From contig NC_134035.1 in the NCBI RefSeq assembly GCF_964204645.1, positions 13,114,451 through 13,178,450 of the forward strand: DNA of 64,000 nucleotides, read 5' to 3'. Positions 11,277-22,700 of this stretch are shown here, one piece after another. Below the pieces are notes generated by a model that was not told where the DNA came from, made no database searches, and worked only from the letters and a program-made list of their open reading frames with translations. The position numbers and the translations under genes were made by a program. Source of the DNA: Tubulanus polymorphus (taxonomy: Eukaryota > Animalia > Nemertea). Position 1 is the first letter of the stretch; every line of letters starts with the position of its first letter.

Positions 11277-13152
11277 ATGTCACGATTTTCTTGGATTCTG
11301 TTTGGAGTGCTTTATTTTTCTTTAATCTTTTCTCATGCAATCGGCGCAGCGAACGGTGAGTATATTTGAATGCTTCTTAATCACATTCTTGATAATCAAT
11401 CCAATCCCTTAATTGGCCGGTGAATGAGAAATACACTTTGTATGTCCCTCATCGCAGATGATGGAGATGACTCGAATAGAATATGGGTGAAGAAGGTCCT
11501 AAGATCATCGACAAATTGCGATGCCTCTTTCGAGAACTGCGAAGAAATACAAAAGTCGAAGAATTATGACAAACCGAGAGAAAAAGATGACGATGGCCAG
11601 GATGAAAAATCGCCCGTTATTGCTGCTGACCTTCACCCCGCGGACAATGATAAGAAAACAGAAATAAACGTAGAAGTGAACGAAAAGAAACGAATTCAAA
11701 ACAAGGATGAAAAACCGTTGAATAAGAAACATTCGAGCGATCTGGAGATGGCGTATTTTCGAGAGACCCGCGAACACGCTGATGGAAAACCCGTAAAAGT
11801 AGAGGAAACTGACGAGGATAATTCATCATCTTCATCAACGAACGGAGAAAAATCCGAATTACTCGATCATCTTCGAGATGCCGTGGTGCAAGCGCTGAAA
11901 AGTAAAGTAAGCACCGCCGCAGAAGATGAAGTTAAGATTGAGCCACGTCGTCGAACCATCGATAAGAAACCTATCGCCTTACCGGTACGCATGAAGAGAA
12001 GTGTCACAACTCCGGCGCTGGCCGTCAAAGAACATCTTCAATACGATTACGTACAATATTTCAGTAAATCTGAAGATGGTAGGTTGTTATACGTGTTTTT
12101 TGGTGTTTTGAATTTTTTAACCGTCTCTGATTGAAAAAAAGGAATCCAGGTCTGCAGTTCTATAGGGCTCGGGTTGTCCTCCTCGAATACGTTAATACGT
12201 ACATTTTCAATTGATATGTAATCAATCTGAGAGATTTTAATAACTATACATATTTATGTTTCTATATTGAGAAAATTCATTCGATTAATTGAAAGCGTGG
12301 AACCACGTGGAACCAACGAAGTCGGATCCAAAATAGGACAATTTTAGAAATTTCGTACTGAATATAACAGCGAACTACTGGTTATTAAGAATAGATTTTC
12401 TGGTTCGTGAAATTCGTCACTGTTAAAAATGTTTCGATTTGTTCTTTTAGCGGTGCCGTGGACCGAACCGGAAGTGACGTCAGACTGTGTCGTTCAGGCG
12501 ATGTTAACTTCTAAATATCCGTTCTCCCCCAGTTGTACTGTAGAAGGTCTATTCGCCCCGAAACAATGTTACCTTCAGAGGTAAAGTTCTACGTTTTTTT
12601 CGAACATTTGTTAAACACGGTATGAATACGTAAGCTTTACCCTAGATCTCATGGGACCAATTAATCCTCCATTCCGGGGCAGGGATAGGTTTGGAATTGT
12701 CCACGGCCAGGCGCGGATCCAGGATTTTTTTCCAGGAGGGGCTTCATAAAGAATGTTAATGTTAAACCCCCGATTAAAATCTCTCATAGGGCCTATACGG
12801 CATATTGTTTCGCCAAACATAAGACGATATGGTACCGATTATGTGGTACTGTTCGCCCGCTTTGTCCCGAGTACATTCCTTCAAGAAAACGATTTAGAAA
12901 TATTTTTGAGCGGGGGTCACGACACCTGAAACCTCCCCTCTGGATCCGCGCCTGCACGAGGAACAGATTCCGGGGCACCAGATCATCAGAGGCAATCAAT
13001 TCCGGAATGACTTCTACTAATAGTTAGAAATACGTGTTGTATTTTGCAGATGTTGGTGCGTTTATAAAACCGGGCTGCCTCAAGTTACCGATGTAAATTC
13101 CAGGTATCATTACGGTACTACAGGCGTCAAACTCAGGTGTCCTGAACTATAG
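11277..13152 (+). CDS. Secreted thyroglobulin type-1 domain precursor (thyropin-like); exons 11277-11355, 11458-12078, 12451-12580, 13050-13152
   Basis: Signal peptide MSRFSWILFGVLYFSLIFSHAIGA, long charged spacer, RMKR site, then DC...PSCTVEGLFAPKQCYLQR-CWCVYKTG...C, the Tg1 QC...CWCV signature. Junctions are in phase. Confidence 0.85.
12708..12954. mobile_element. MITE with perfect 15-bp TIR
   Basis: CAGGCGCGGATCCAG...CTGGATCCGCGCCTG. Confidence 0.75.
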
Positions 13153-13301
13153 AGTTAAAACAACAACAGTTCGAGACAAAATTCACAACGAAAACTATTT
13201 CTTATTTATTCAAGCTGAATTGTATTTTATCAATATTCTTCTCATTCCAACAATAAATAATTCATGTAATTAGTGATATATTAACAGTTTCAGCGATTCA
13301 T

Positions 13302-15257
13302 TCAGGTTTTATTTTTTCCGTATAATCGGATATTTTTTGGTTTGCTGTCGGAATCTGTCGGTTTCGACGAGGACATCTCTAACGCGACTAACGTGTATTT
13401 CCGTCTACTTTGAGCAACAGGTTCCATCATTGTCGTATTCGTCTGTTTGGCTTTAAATATAGATATGAGATACAATGAGAAAAATAACAATCAATCTGAT
13501 CTGAAGCATTGACCCTGACCCAGACTATCAATTGATTTACATAATCGATATGCAATCTTGAAATTTTTGACCGTCCGCGTGTTCAGAAGTTCAGAAGAGA
13601 CATTTCTAATTGAAAATGTCCACACTTCCAGACTGAATAAGGCATCACAGTCTAACTCGCAGACTAGTCAGACTTGATTGTATCGCCACCTAGTTTCCTT
13701 GCTGTAGTATTATATTTTGTTTTACATTTAACATATTTTATTTGCAAATATTCTCTATTCCTATGTTATCCATTATAAAAGCGATTATAAATGTATGTCC
13801 ACTCTCGTACTGTTTTCCCTGTGTTTTGATGTTAATATTCTATTGCATGTCATTTCCTATGTAACTTGCATATTATATGGAGCAATAAAATTAAAGTTCA
13901 AGTTCAAGTTCAAGTGTCAAAATCGAGGGACTTTTGACTATCAACTCGGGCAAAAATAAACTAAAAGGCAAGGTTTAATGTAGTTCATTTCCAGCAGATA
14001 ACCGTTAAGTCAAAGTTTGAAACCATGCAGTACATGTACTGATATATACTGGTGGGTCAGTTTCAAGCCGTCACTTACTGCAACTCTTACGACAGCAGTG
14101 TCGCGGGCGATGGTGTTTCCGTATCACATAAGCAGCCATTTTCTTTTCGTATCTCTTTTCCTCTTTTTCACGCCGGTTTACCATGACTTGAATCATGCGT
14201 CGTTTTTTCGGTCGACGAGATTTCGAGAGGAATTTTCTCCCTATCGGTGGTGATAATGTTCGATGCTCGCGTGGTAGTGGATCGTCCTCCTGCTGCTGCT
14301 GTTCTTGCGCTGTTGGCTCGAAATCTTCGAATAACTTGAATCCATCGTCAATCGGTGGTTCAGGAACTGAGTCATCTAACTGTAACCCGAAGTTGTCATC
14401 CTCAGAAATATCACTATCTATCCAATCAGGTATTTCTGTGTTCATCTCAGATCGTTCATCTTCATTTTCATCATCATCGCCTTCATCTTCTTCCTCCATA
14501 CCTTCATTTTCCTCTTCTACATCATTGTCTTCATCATCATTCTCTGGATCTATCTGTTCTCTATCTCTGTTAGTATCGACCTGTTCTGATTCTGCATCCA
14601 CGTTCCCGTCGACCTCTTCCTCTGAAGCGCTGAAGTCGCTTGCCCCACCGAATACATCCACATGCGATTTTTTTCTTGTCGTTTTCTGTCAAGAGAAAAA
14701 TGGAGAAAAAAATACAGCGAGAATTGAATTCAGAGTTTAAGGATGGATTCAAGGGGACTCTACTGGACAATCTCACTGCGACCAGCATGGGTTGACCTTG
14801 AACCAGTCCTATCCTTCCCAGAAACCTGGAGAATTCCTTTGTGCTTGTATAGCCTACCTTCAATCCATTTATATTTTCCTGGATTCCGCCCAATGGAGAA
14901 TTTCAGGAGGGACACAAATAGGAAGAGAACTTAGTCAACATAATAGTGAGTACACATTTACAAATTCAGTAAAGCGTTCTCGTGGTGGATAGGCTTTTGG
15001 GTGGGATGAATCCTTCAGATCGAGACCAGGACTGTGTCTGTGGATGGAGGGAAGGCCGGAAATCAAGTACAACATTGACAAGGGTCTGCAGGGTCCTCAT
15101 GTTTCTGTACCTCAGGAAAACGTTCAGAAGCACTAGTTTCTAAGATACGATTGGCGAAATCCCTCATCGAATAAGAATCGATCTTCTCACCACACGCGTG
15201 ATGACGACACGTCGACGTCGCAGCGTCGCCGTCAACTGTCAACTCTTCAATATTCAT
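13302..15257 (-). CDS. Uncharacterised acidic low-complexity protein; exons approx. 15257-15111, 14685-14079, 13450-13302
   Basis: In-phase GT-AG joins link three ORF-track segments (MNIEELTVDG...FPE / KTTRKKSHVDVFGG...CCRKSC / TKQTNT...NKT*). D/E-rich middle and basic C-terminal part. No family recognised. Confidence 0.6.
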
Positions 15258-15649
15258 TGATTTAAAAGCGTCTAAAATTGATGGCAAACGATAAGAAGAT
15301 TAAGATAAAACTCTCATTTGTTTGATGTTAAATAGATCGAGGTAGATATTTTACCTTTCTAACTAATGTGTTGTGGATTCGAGCAAGCTTGACTGATTTA
15401 AATCAAACGCGTGCAAGGCGCCTACGACCTTGAGTATGTCAGGATTATCGTGTAGATATTGTAAGAAATTAAAAAATCCGGGATTCGAACCTAAAATAAG
15501 GAAATCGTACTAAGAGTATAATCTACTGTCTACTCGTGACCATGCAGGAAATGTAAATATTCTTGCAATTAATTCCATATTCATATTCAAAATTATCATA
15601 TTTCTATGTGTTTATGGGTTTTTTTTTTATGAGAAAAGAACAATAACGA

Positions 15650-15790
15650 ATTATTTGTCGCGCCGTCGCTTCGCTGAGTCGTTCTAATTTTAGTAACGCG
15701 GAAGTAATTTCCTGGAAAACCCGGAAGTAATTGTCATTGAACACGTCAGTTTAGATTTCAGTTGATATCTCAAATTGAACGGGTTCGGGT
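15650..15790. promoter_or_regulatory. Putative bidirectional promoter (orphan gene / nucleobindin) with two ETS-type sites
   Basis: GCGGAAGT (15697) and CCGGAAGT (15721) between divergent genes; a non-coding first-exon donor GG|GTGAGT at about 15788. Confidence 0.55.
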
Positions 15791-16467
15791 GAGTATTTTC
15801 ATTGTGTTCTTAAAAAGATGGTTTCAGCTAATTAATGGTATCTTTACGGGTTATAGATAAAGACATCCTGTCCTCGCTTAAACAACACATTCTTGCCTCC
15901 ACTACATCGAATTCGCGAGCACCGGCGCCGGCCGGTTCTCTGCTGGTGCAGCCTACTACTACCTACCAGCTGGTTGTTGTACATATGTTACCATCATTTT
16001 GATAATACCTCTCCGTAGCCCCGTTGCTTATCTCCTCTGGTCCCAGTTCCACAGCTCTTCACTCTCTACTGCTAGTATTATTGAATTGGATTCATCACAG
16101 TTTGACTCTGCTATTACGCCTACTGGAGTTCAAACTACAAATTAATTCATTTTCTTTTAATTCGATCCTATACCTTCTGGTAGGCCTACCCCGAGAACAG
16201 TGGAATTGGGTGTAAGTTAAAAAGCTGCAACTTCAATCCAGGTTTTGGTATTCCAGGCCTAGCTAGCCAGGCCTAGCTTACGTGGCTCTTTCAATAAGAA
16301 TTTGGAATTTTCGATAGATTCTCATCAGTGAAATATTTGGGAAATTGATTTTTCACTTTATGGTGCATAGTTCTAGGATGAGAATATTCGTAGAGTAGCC
16401 GTGTTAACCTGGTTTGGAATAAGTAACGAGACGAGTAGTGCTATATAGGTTAACTATTTATTTGACG

Positions 16468-16508
16468 CACGAGCTTTCGCTACTAATGAATAGAAGCTTC
16501 ATCAGGTG
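16468..16508 (-). ncRNA. Minimal type I hammerhead ribozyme, antisense in nucleobindin intron 1
   Basis: Minus strand CAC-CTGATGA-A-GCT..CTA-ttcat-TAG..AGC-GAAA-GC-TC-GTG. Degenerate relatives at about 18205-18260 (-) and 18754-18800 (+). Confidence 0.65.
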
Positions 16509-16796
16509 AATGACTTCTAGGATGGGAGATTATGTTCTACCTTGATCAACCATTCACTAATATGTCCCTGTAGTATGGAAGTATATTCCCTTTAACAAAG
16601 GCACCATTTCCATTTAGGATCACCTGTGAAAAACTTTTTTAGCTAAATTTTTTATTCTTATCTGCACTGTGGGACCATGATATCTCTTTGAATCAAGTGT
16701 AGGCGTCCTATTGGAGTCATTTTAAACGGTCAATCTTTGACTCTACAGGCTTTGAATCCATTGATAGATTGTTGTTGTATTATTTTCAGGTTCAAA

Positions 16797-19700
16797 ATGA
16801 ATTTGTTCAGTGTGATATTTATCATAACGGTGTATTGTTTACCGGGGATTATTTGTCCGCCTGTAATTCCACAGAAAGAAGAACCGAAGGAAGGCACAGC
16901 TGATGATGTAAGTTTTCATTCATTCATTACTCTCATGAATTGTTATTCTACCCCTGGGTCAGTTTTTGTGTAAAAAGTTTAAGCTTCAAACAGCTTGAGT
17001 TTGAATTGTTTTCCTCATTGAAAACATGAAGCAGAACAAAAGAAATTTAAACCTAAAATTTGCGAGTTAAAACTGACAGATCAGTTTAATTTTCAAGTTT
17101 TGATATTCAACCCGGGGGGGGGGGGGGGGGTAGGTGTGTACTGAGTTGGTTTGACCCTGTGGTATAATAGTTACACTGATCTTTACAACCAGCCTATGGA
17201 GAAAATGTTTGAAGACGACCCAGTTTTAAGAAATTTAACTCAGAGCCTGCGTGCTAACTGAAGTAAAAAGATGGACCTCAGTTCTTATCGATAGTTGCCA
17301 ATTTGGCCCAGGATCTGGTTCTACATGAAAAGAGAAAATGAACTATTTAAAATGTAACGAGTGAAACTGAACCAAAAATTGAGGAACTGAATCCAGCATC
17401 CAGATTTACATAAATATTTAACTCTCAAATTGATTTAATTTCTACATATATTCAGTTTTAACCTTATCTTAAATTGATTTAGTAGTTAATCCAGCCCAGG
17501 GGCCGGTTCCATAGTCGAGACTTAAGTCCCAAAAATGGTCTAAAGTAGATCGATTGGCTATAGATCTAAGATGAGCTAAGTCTGGGTTTCAGTCTAAGCA
17601 GTGACTATGAAACAGCTCCAGGTGTTTAGGGTGTAGTTGGTCATTTGGGTTTGAGCAATAAAATAAATTTTGATGATGCCTTCAGATTCATCAAGCGTTT
17701 GAAGGATATAGCCGTTATCTAAAAGAGATACAAACCGCCCTAGAATCAGACCCTGAGTTTAGGAAACGAATGGAAAACACAACGTACGAAAGTATCCAGG
17801 TAAAAATAACAGCAGAGTTGTTCAGGGTTGTTTTTCACATTTTATTTGTTGTTATTTTGGTACGGGAAACTGCATGCGTGAATTGGTGACCTTTTTTTAT
17901 GTATTTGTGGCTCAATGTGCTCGTAATGTCGGTGAACTTTTTGGCGGTAAATCTCTGAATTGTCACGAGAAAATTTAAACGACATTTGCAGACCTGTGAA
18001 AACTATCGATTACCAGCACGAAACTGAAACATTTCTGTTGGTTCGCATTCGGGGTTCTTGTTCGTTGTCTGTAACTTGTGGAACCCAAAAAAAGGAAAGG
18101 AGATATTGGGTTCTATGAGTGTTAAAAGTTTTAGACGAGCCTTGTTTAACTGGTATCGGTGAACGCGGGTAGTTGCTGCGTAGATTAACTGATTTTATTA
18201 GAAATTGCGAGCTTTCGCTTCTAGTGCTGCCCTCTATATAGTGGCTTCATCGGGTTAATGAATTGAAGTCAATGGAGATGCGAAGTAGTAGAACTATTAA
18301 GGGAGAGTAATCAGGGAATCGTGTCATTTTAGCAAAGCTATTTTCTGTCCTATTCTCGAAGAATGGTCGACGTCGGAAATCCGGAGCAGAACGAAAGAGT
18401 AACGAGCGAACTATCAGTTTGGAATACGAAAACTGGACTCGACTTTATTTTTACACATAGCTATTTATATAACACAGATTCAGACAGGTTGAGACATGGA
18501 AAATGATACAAAAACAAAGGTGCCGAGTAGTGACATGACAGTGAGACAAACAACAATTAACACATTCCGACACAGAAAAACAGTCTCAGAGGACAATGAG
18601 TAATAAGATGGAGACATAAAACAATAAAGAAATACGAAATATAGATGAAATATGTATAACAATTATCAGTGATATTTAGTGTTGTTAAATCATTCTCTCC
18701 CTGACTTTTAATCACAGTCCACACCTTCCTTTATTTCTCCAACTTTGTTCATTTACCTGATGAAGCTATTCTATGCGCTATTAGCAAAACCTTGTGATTT
18801 CTATTAAAGTCAATAACTACTAGTCTTCATGTTTATTGATACTCGATGTGAAACTGCGTTAGATTATACGGTATTTTTATGGCTCGTGTCATCGAGGTAA
18901 AACTGGGTTTTTTTCGCCGTCTTTTTTGCATGATATTCTGGAGAAGGTTTTCGTGTATTTTGTATTTGTAGGTGATGGGTATCGAATACGAACGTTATTT
19001 ACAAGAAGTATTCAGCGCTTTAGAAACCGACGAGAATTTCAAATCGAAAGTGACCGCCGAAAATTTCGAGGTACCACTAAAATCCGTATCGATCCGGACG
19101 GACGAATAAAAACAAAAATGATTATTCGCGTTTTATGTAAAGTTGCAGAAAAACCTAACAGGTGGCGCTAAAAACAACCGGGATAGAGAAGTTTTAAATG
19201 TGTTCGAATTTGCAGTATGACTCATTTTATCATTCGATCGCATAGACAAATTTCAATATCTCGTTTGATATATTTGATAGATTTACATTAAGGGATGATT
19301 ATGGTTTAGTCACATATATCACCCTGATATTACAAATACGTGGCGCAAATTGTCTGGAACACGTTGAACTATGAATATATGTAAAGAGGCTGTTCTGAAT
19401 GAGTATATTTACACGTCGTCCATATTTAACTAGTTGCTTTATTCAAACAGCTATAAAGGATTAAAAGCAGCAGATGGACTGTATTTTATATCCTCATCTA
19501 GGTTTCTATATAATACATGATATAAAATCCACAATCAATTTGAAGACTTTTGTACACATATGGATATATATATATATATATATATATGTATATGTATATG
19601 TATATGTATACGTATACGTATACGTATACGTATACGTATACGTATACGTATATGTATATTACATGACATAGTTTGTTATATTGCTATGCTGGATATTGAA

Positions 19701-22700
19701 AAATTTCATGATCTTTTAATTTTGATATCAATATTCATATATGAACCCACGCTCATCTTTTCATTCAAGCACAGGGTAGATACTCTTAGAAGTCGTCACA
19801 GTATAATTTCAACTGAAATCATCTCTATTTCTAAATCTCAATTTGTATTTCCATTTCGGATAAATCAAGTCATACTACCGAAGTTGTCACTATTTTTTTA
19901 GCCTAAATCTGTATTTCCATTTCAATTTACTAAGGGTAAGTTCTAATTATTGCTAGCTGGGAAAAATTTATCTGTGTTTAAAGAGCTTATTTTGAGTAAA
20001 TTCATAATGTGAATAAATAGATAATTTGACCACACAACACACACAACCCAAACTATCTGGTTCATTCATTAGATATTCATTGACAGTCATTGGGTTCAAT
20101 CATGTGTAATCAATCATAGACCACCAGCTGTACTGACTGACATTACTATAGTCAGCCCCTGACCATCTGTGACATCATAACTAGCCAGCCAATCAGAAAC
20201 CCTAACCCTAGGTCACCTGACTACCTGATTACCTGTGACATCATAACTCTAGCCAGCCAATCGGAAACCCTAACCCTAGGTCACCTGACTACCTGATTAC
20301 CTGTGACATCATAACTCTAGCCAGCCAATCAGAAACCCTAACCCTAGGTCACCTGACTACCTGTGACATCATAACTCTAGCCAGCCAATCAGAAACCCTA
20401 ACCCTAGGTCACCTGACTACCTGATTACCTGTGACATCATAACTCTAGCCAGCCAATCGGAAACCCTAACCCTAGGTCACCTGACTACCTGATTACCTGT
20501 GACATCATAACCCTAGCCAGCCAATCAGACAGTGCTATGACCAGATATATCATGTGACCAGTGGGAGGACCAGCTATCCTTGGCCCATGCAAATTGACTG
20601 AATTTACTTGTATTACCATAAAGGTAATCTGAATAATAGTGACTTCAGTAGGTCAGGTGACCGGTGATGTTTACACCCTATTATAGCCATATAATGAAGG
20701 TTTTCATGTCTAATGTTCACAAATGAATACGTTAAGACAAGCCTTTATCTGATACCCTTCAAATTAAATTTAATAATAATAATAATAATAAAAATAATCT
20801 TTTTGAGTATAGGCCTATAGCGCTGAACTATAAAAATAATCACCATGCATTACAACATTATTGTCATTTATTGTCAATTTGGTCATTTCTACGGGTATTT
20901 TTCCTGATTATCTTATGATTCTAAAAACACCCAACATTCACGTATTTATCTGTGGCTTCTGTTTATGTGCATGTTTTGTGAGGAAACACTGTTACAGTAT
21001 TGAATATAAACGTTTAATTGCTATGAAATATTTTCAGTCTATTCTCGATCTCGTGAGTATTTAACTGATCGCACGTTGCTTCTCATCAGTAGATTCCGCA
21101 GTTCCGAATGATCCACAGAGTTTTGGAGTTTAAAACTTGGCCCTGTTCCGTAGATTTCCGATGATAAATCCTTCCTGTATTTATAGAAATAAACAAAGCA
21201 ATGATTTAGTAGTAGTTTTGTACTTGAAAAGGACCTTTACAATTTACAATTAGAAATTTACAATTTTTAACCATTTTATCACCATATTTTCCATTTTCCA
21301 CATTTTGTGTTGGTCTGAAGAGAGCTTTAAAATTTTCAATTCGTATAATACTATACTATTGTATCGTCTGTCGTATTTCATCTAATTGTTGTGTTTTTCT
21401 CTGATGAATTACAGAAAGGTGATATAGCTCAACATCTGGAGTTCGTCAGTCACGAAGTTCGCACGAAACTCGACGAAATCAAACGAACAGAAATCAATCG
21501 ACTTCGTGAAATCGCTAAATATCAACTTCAATTAGTTAAAGGTAGGTTAAACAACCTCTTTTAAGAGGTCAGTGATAATCAGACATCAGTGATTATCTCT
21601 GAAAGCTCAAGGATAACCTATTTGAGTGGTCATGGATAACCAGAGGTTTTCAATAACCTACCGAGTGTATAAGGATAACCTATTGAGTGGTGAGGGATAA
21701 CCAGAGGTCAGTGATAATCTCTCTTGAGAGGTCAACTATCTGAGTGGTTAGAGGGAATTTCCCTGGTATGATCTCTTTGAGGGGATTCATATCCTCTGCT
21801 GGCTTAAAGATAACCACCCCGAGAGGTCAGGGATAACCTCCCCTAGGATAACCTCTCTGCATTGAGGTGAATCTACTCAAAATATACATTAATTTCATGT
21901 TTTCAAATAATTACGGTTATTTTCAATAGGTAAAAGGATTCCACAAAGGGGTCTCGCCGTAAGGTTTCAACATATGTTCGGACATATGGATATCTTCGGG
22001 GACACAGAATTCTTTAAACCAAGCGATTTAGCGAAATTAGCGCAGAAGGTTTGTCATCACGTCGGATTAGGGTTTTTTTTGTGTTCAGTACACGTTATCG
22101 GATGGGTCCGCATCACTAAAACGGTTAAAAATATCGGGTGTTTGTTGACACGAGGATATCAAGCGTTTAGTAGCAACGAGGTTTTGTATTTCAAAGCATG
22201 ATTTAATGTTTGCATGCATGTTAAAGGGTCGTAGTACGGAGGATGATACAGGATTCATGTTCTGGACCCAGTTCCGTAGTCTTCGGCAGGATTTCGGAAT
22301 CGAAATCGATGATACTAACTAATTTTGAATTTGTTGACTTCGAAATTGATTAAAACTGTGGAACCGGGTCTTGTATTTAAAAAAAACCTTCAGACAATAA
22401 ACGCAGAAGATCAATAATTACAATAATATTACAACAAGTTTATTTCAGAAGAATACAGGTGTGTACTACCATTGAACTTGTCGCCGAAAAAGATGGTTTT
22501 AAGTTAACCACTGGATAGTTGACATAGTGACATTTAAAAGTTTATTGTTACGATGATATTTATCCGCCGGTTCTATTTAACCAACCTTTGAGCAACTTCA
22601 GCCTCAGGGGCCGGTTCCATAGTGAGGGCTTAGACTTAAGACCAGTCTAAGACCAACTTAGTTCTATAACCAATCTAACAATTTAAGACCAGTCTTAAGA

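Noticed and set aside
15000-15110. Selenoprotein read-through at CQCCT-TGA
   Set aside because: The TGA lies past an in-phase donor (GAG|GTACAG), so it is intronic, and I see no SECIS.
19474-19901. YVYV/IRIR ORFs (also 57553-57750)
   Set aside because: Microsatellite translations.
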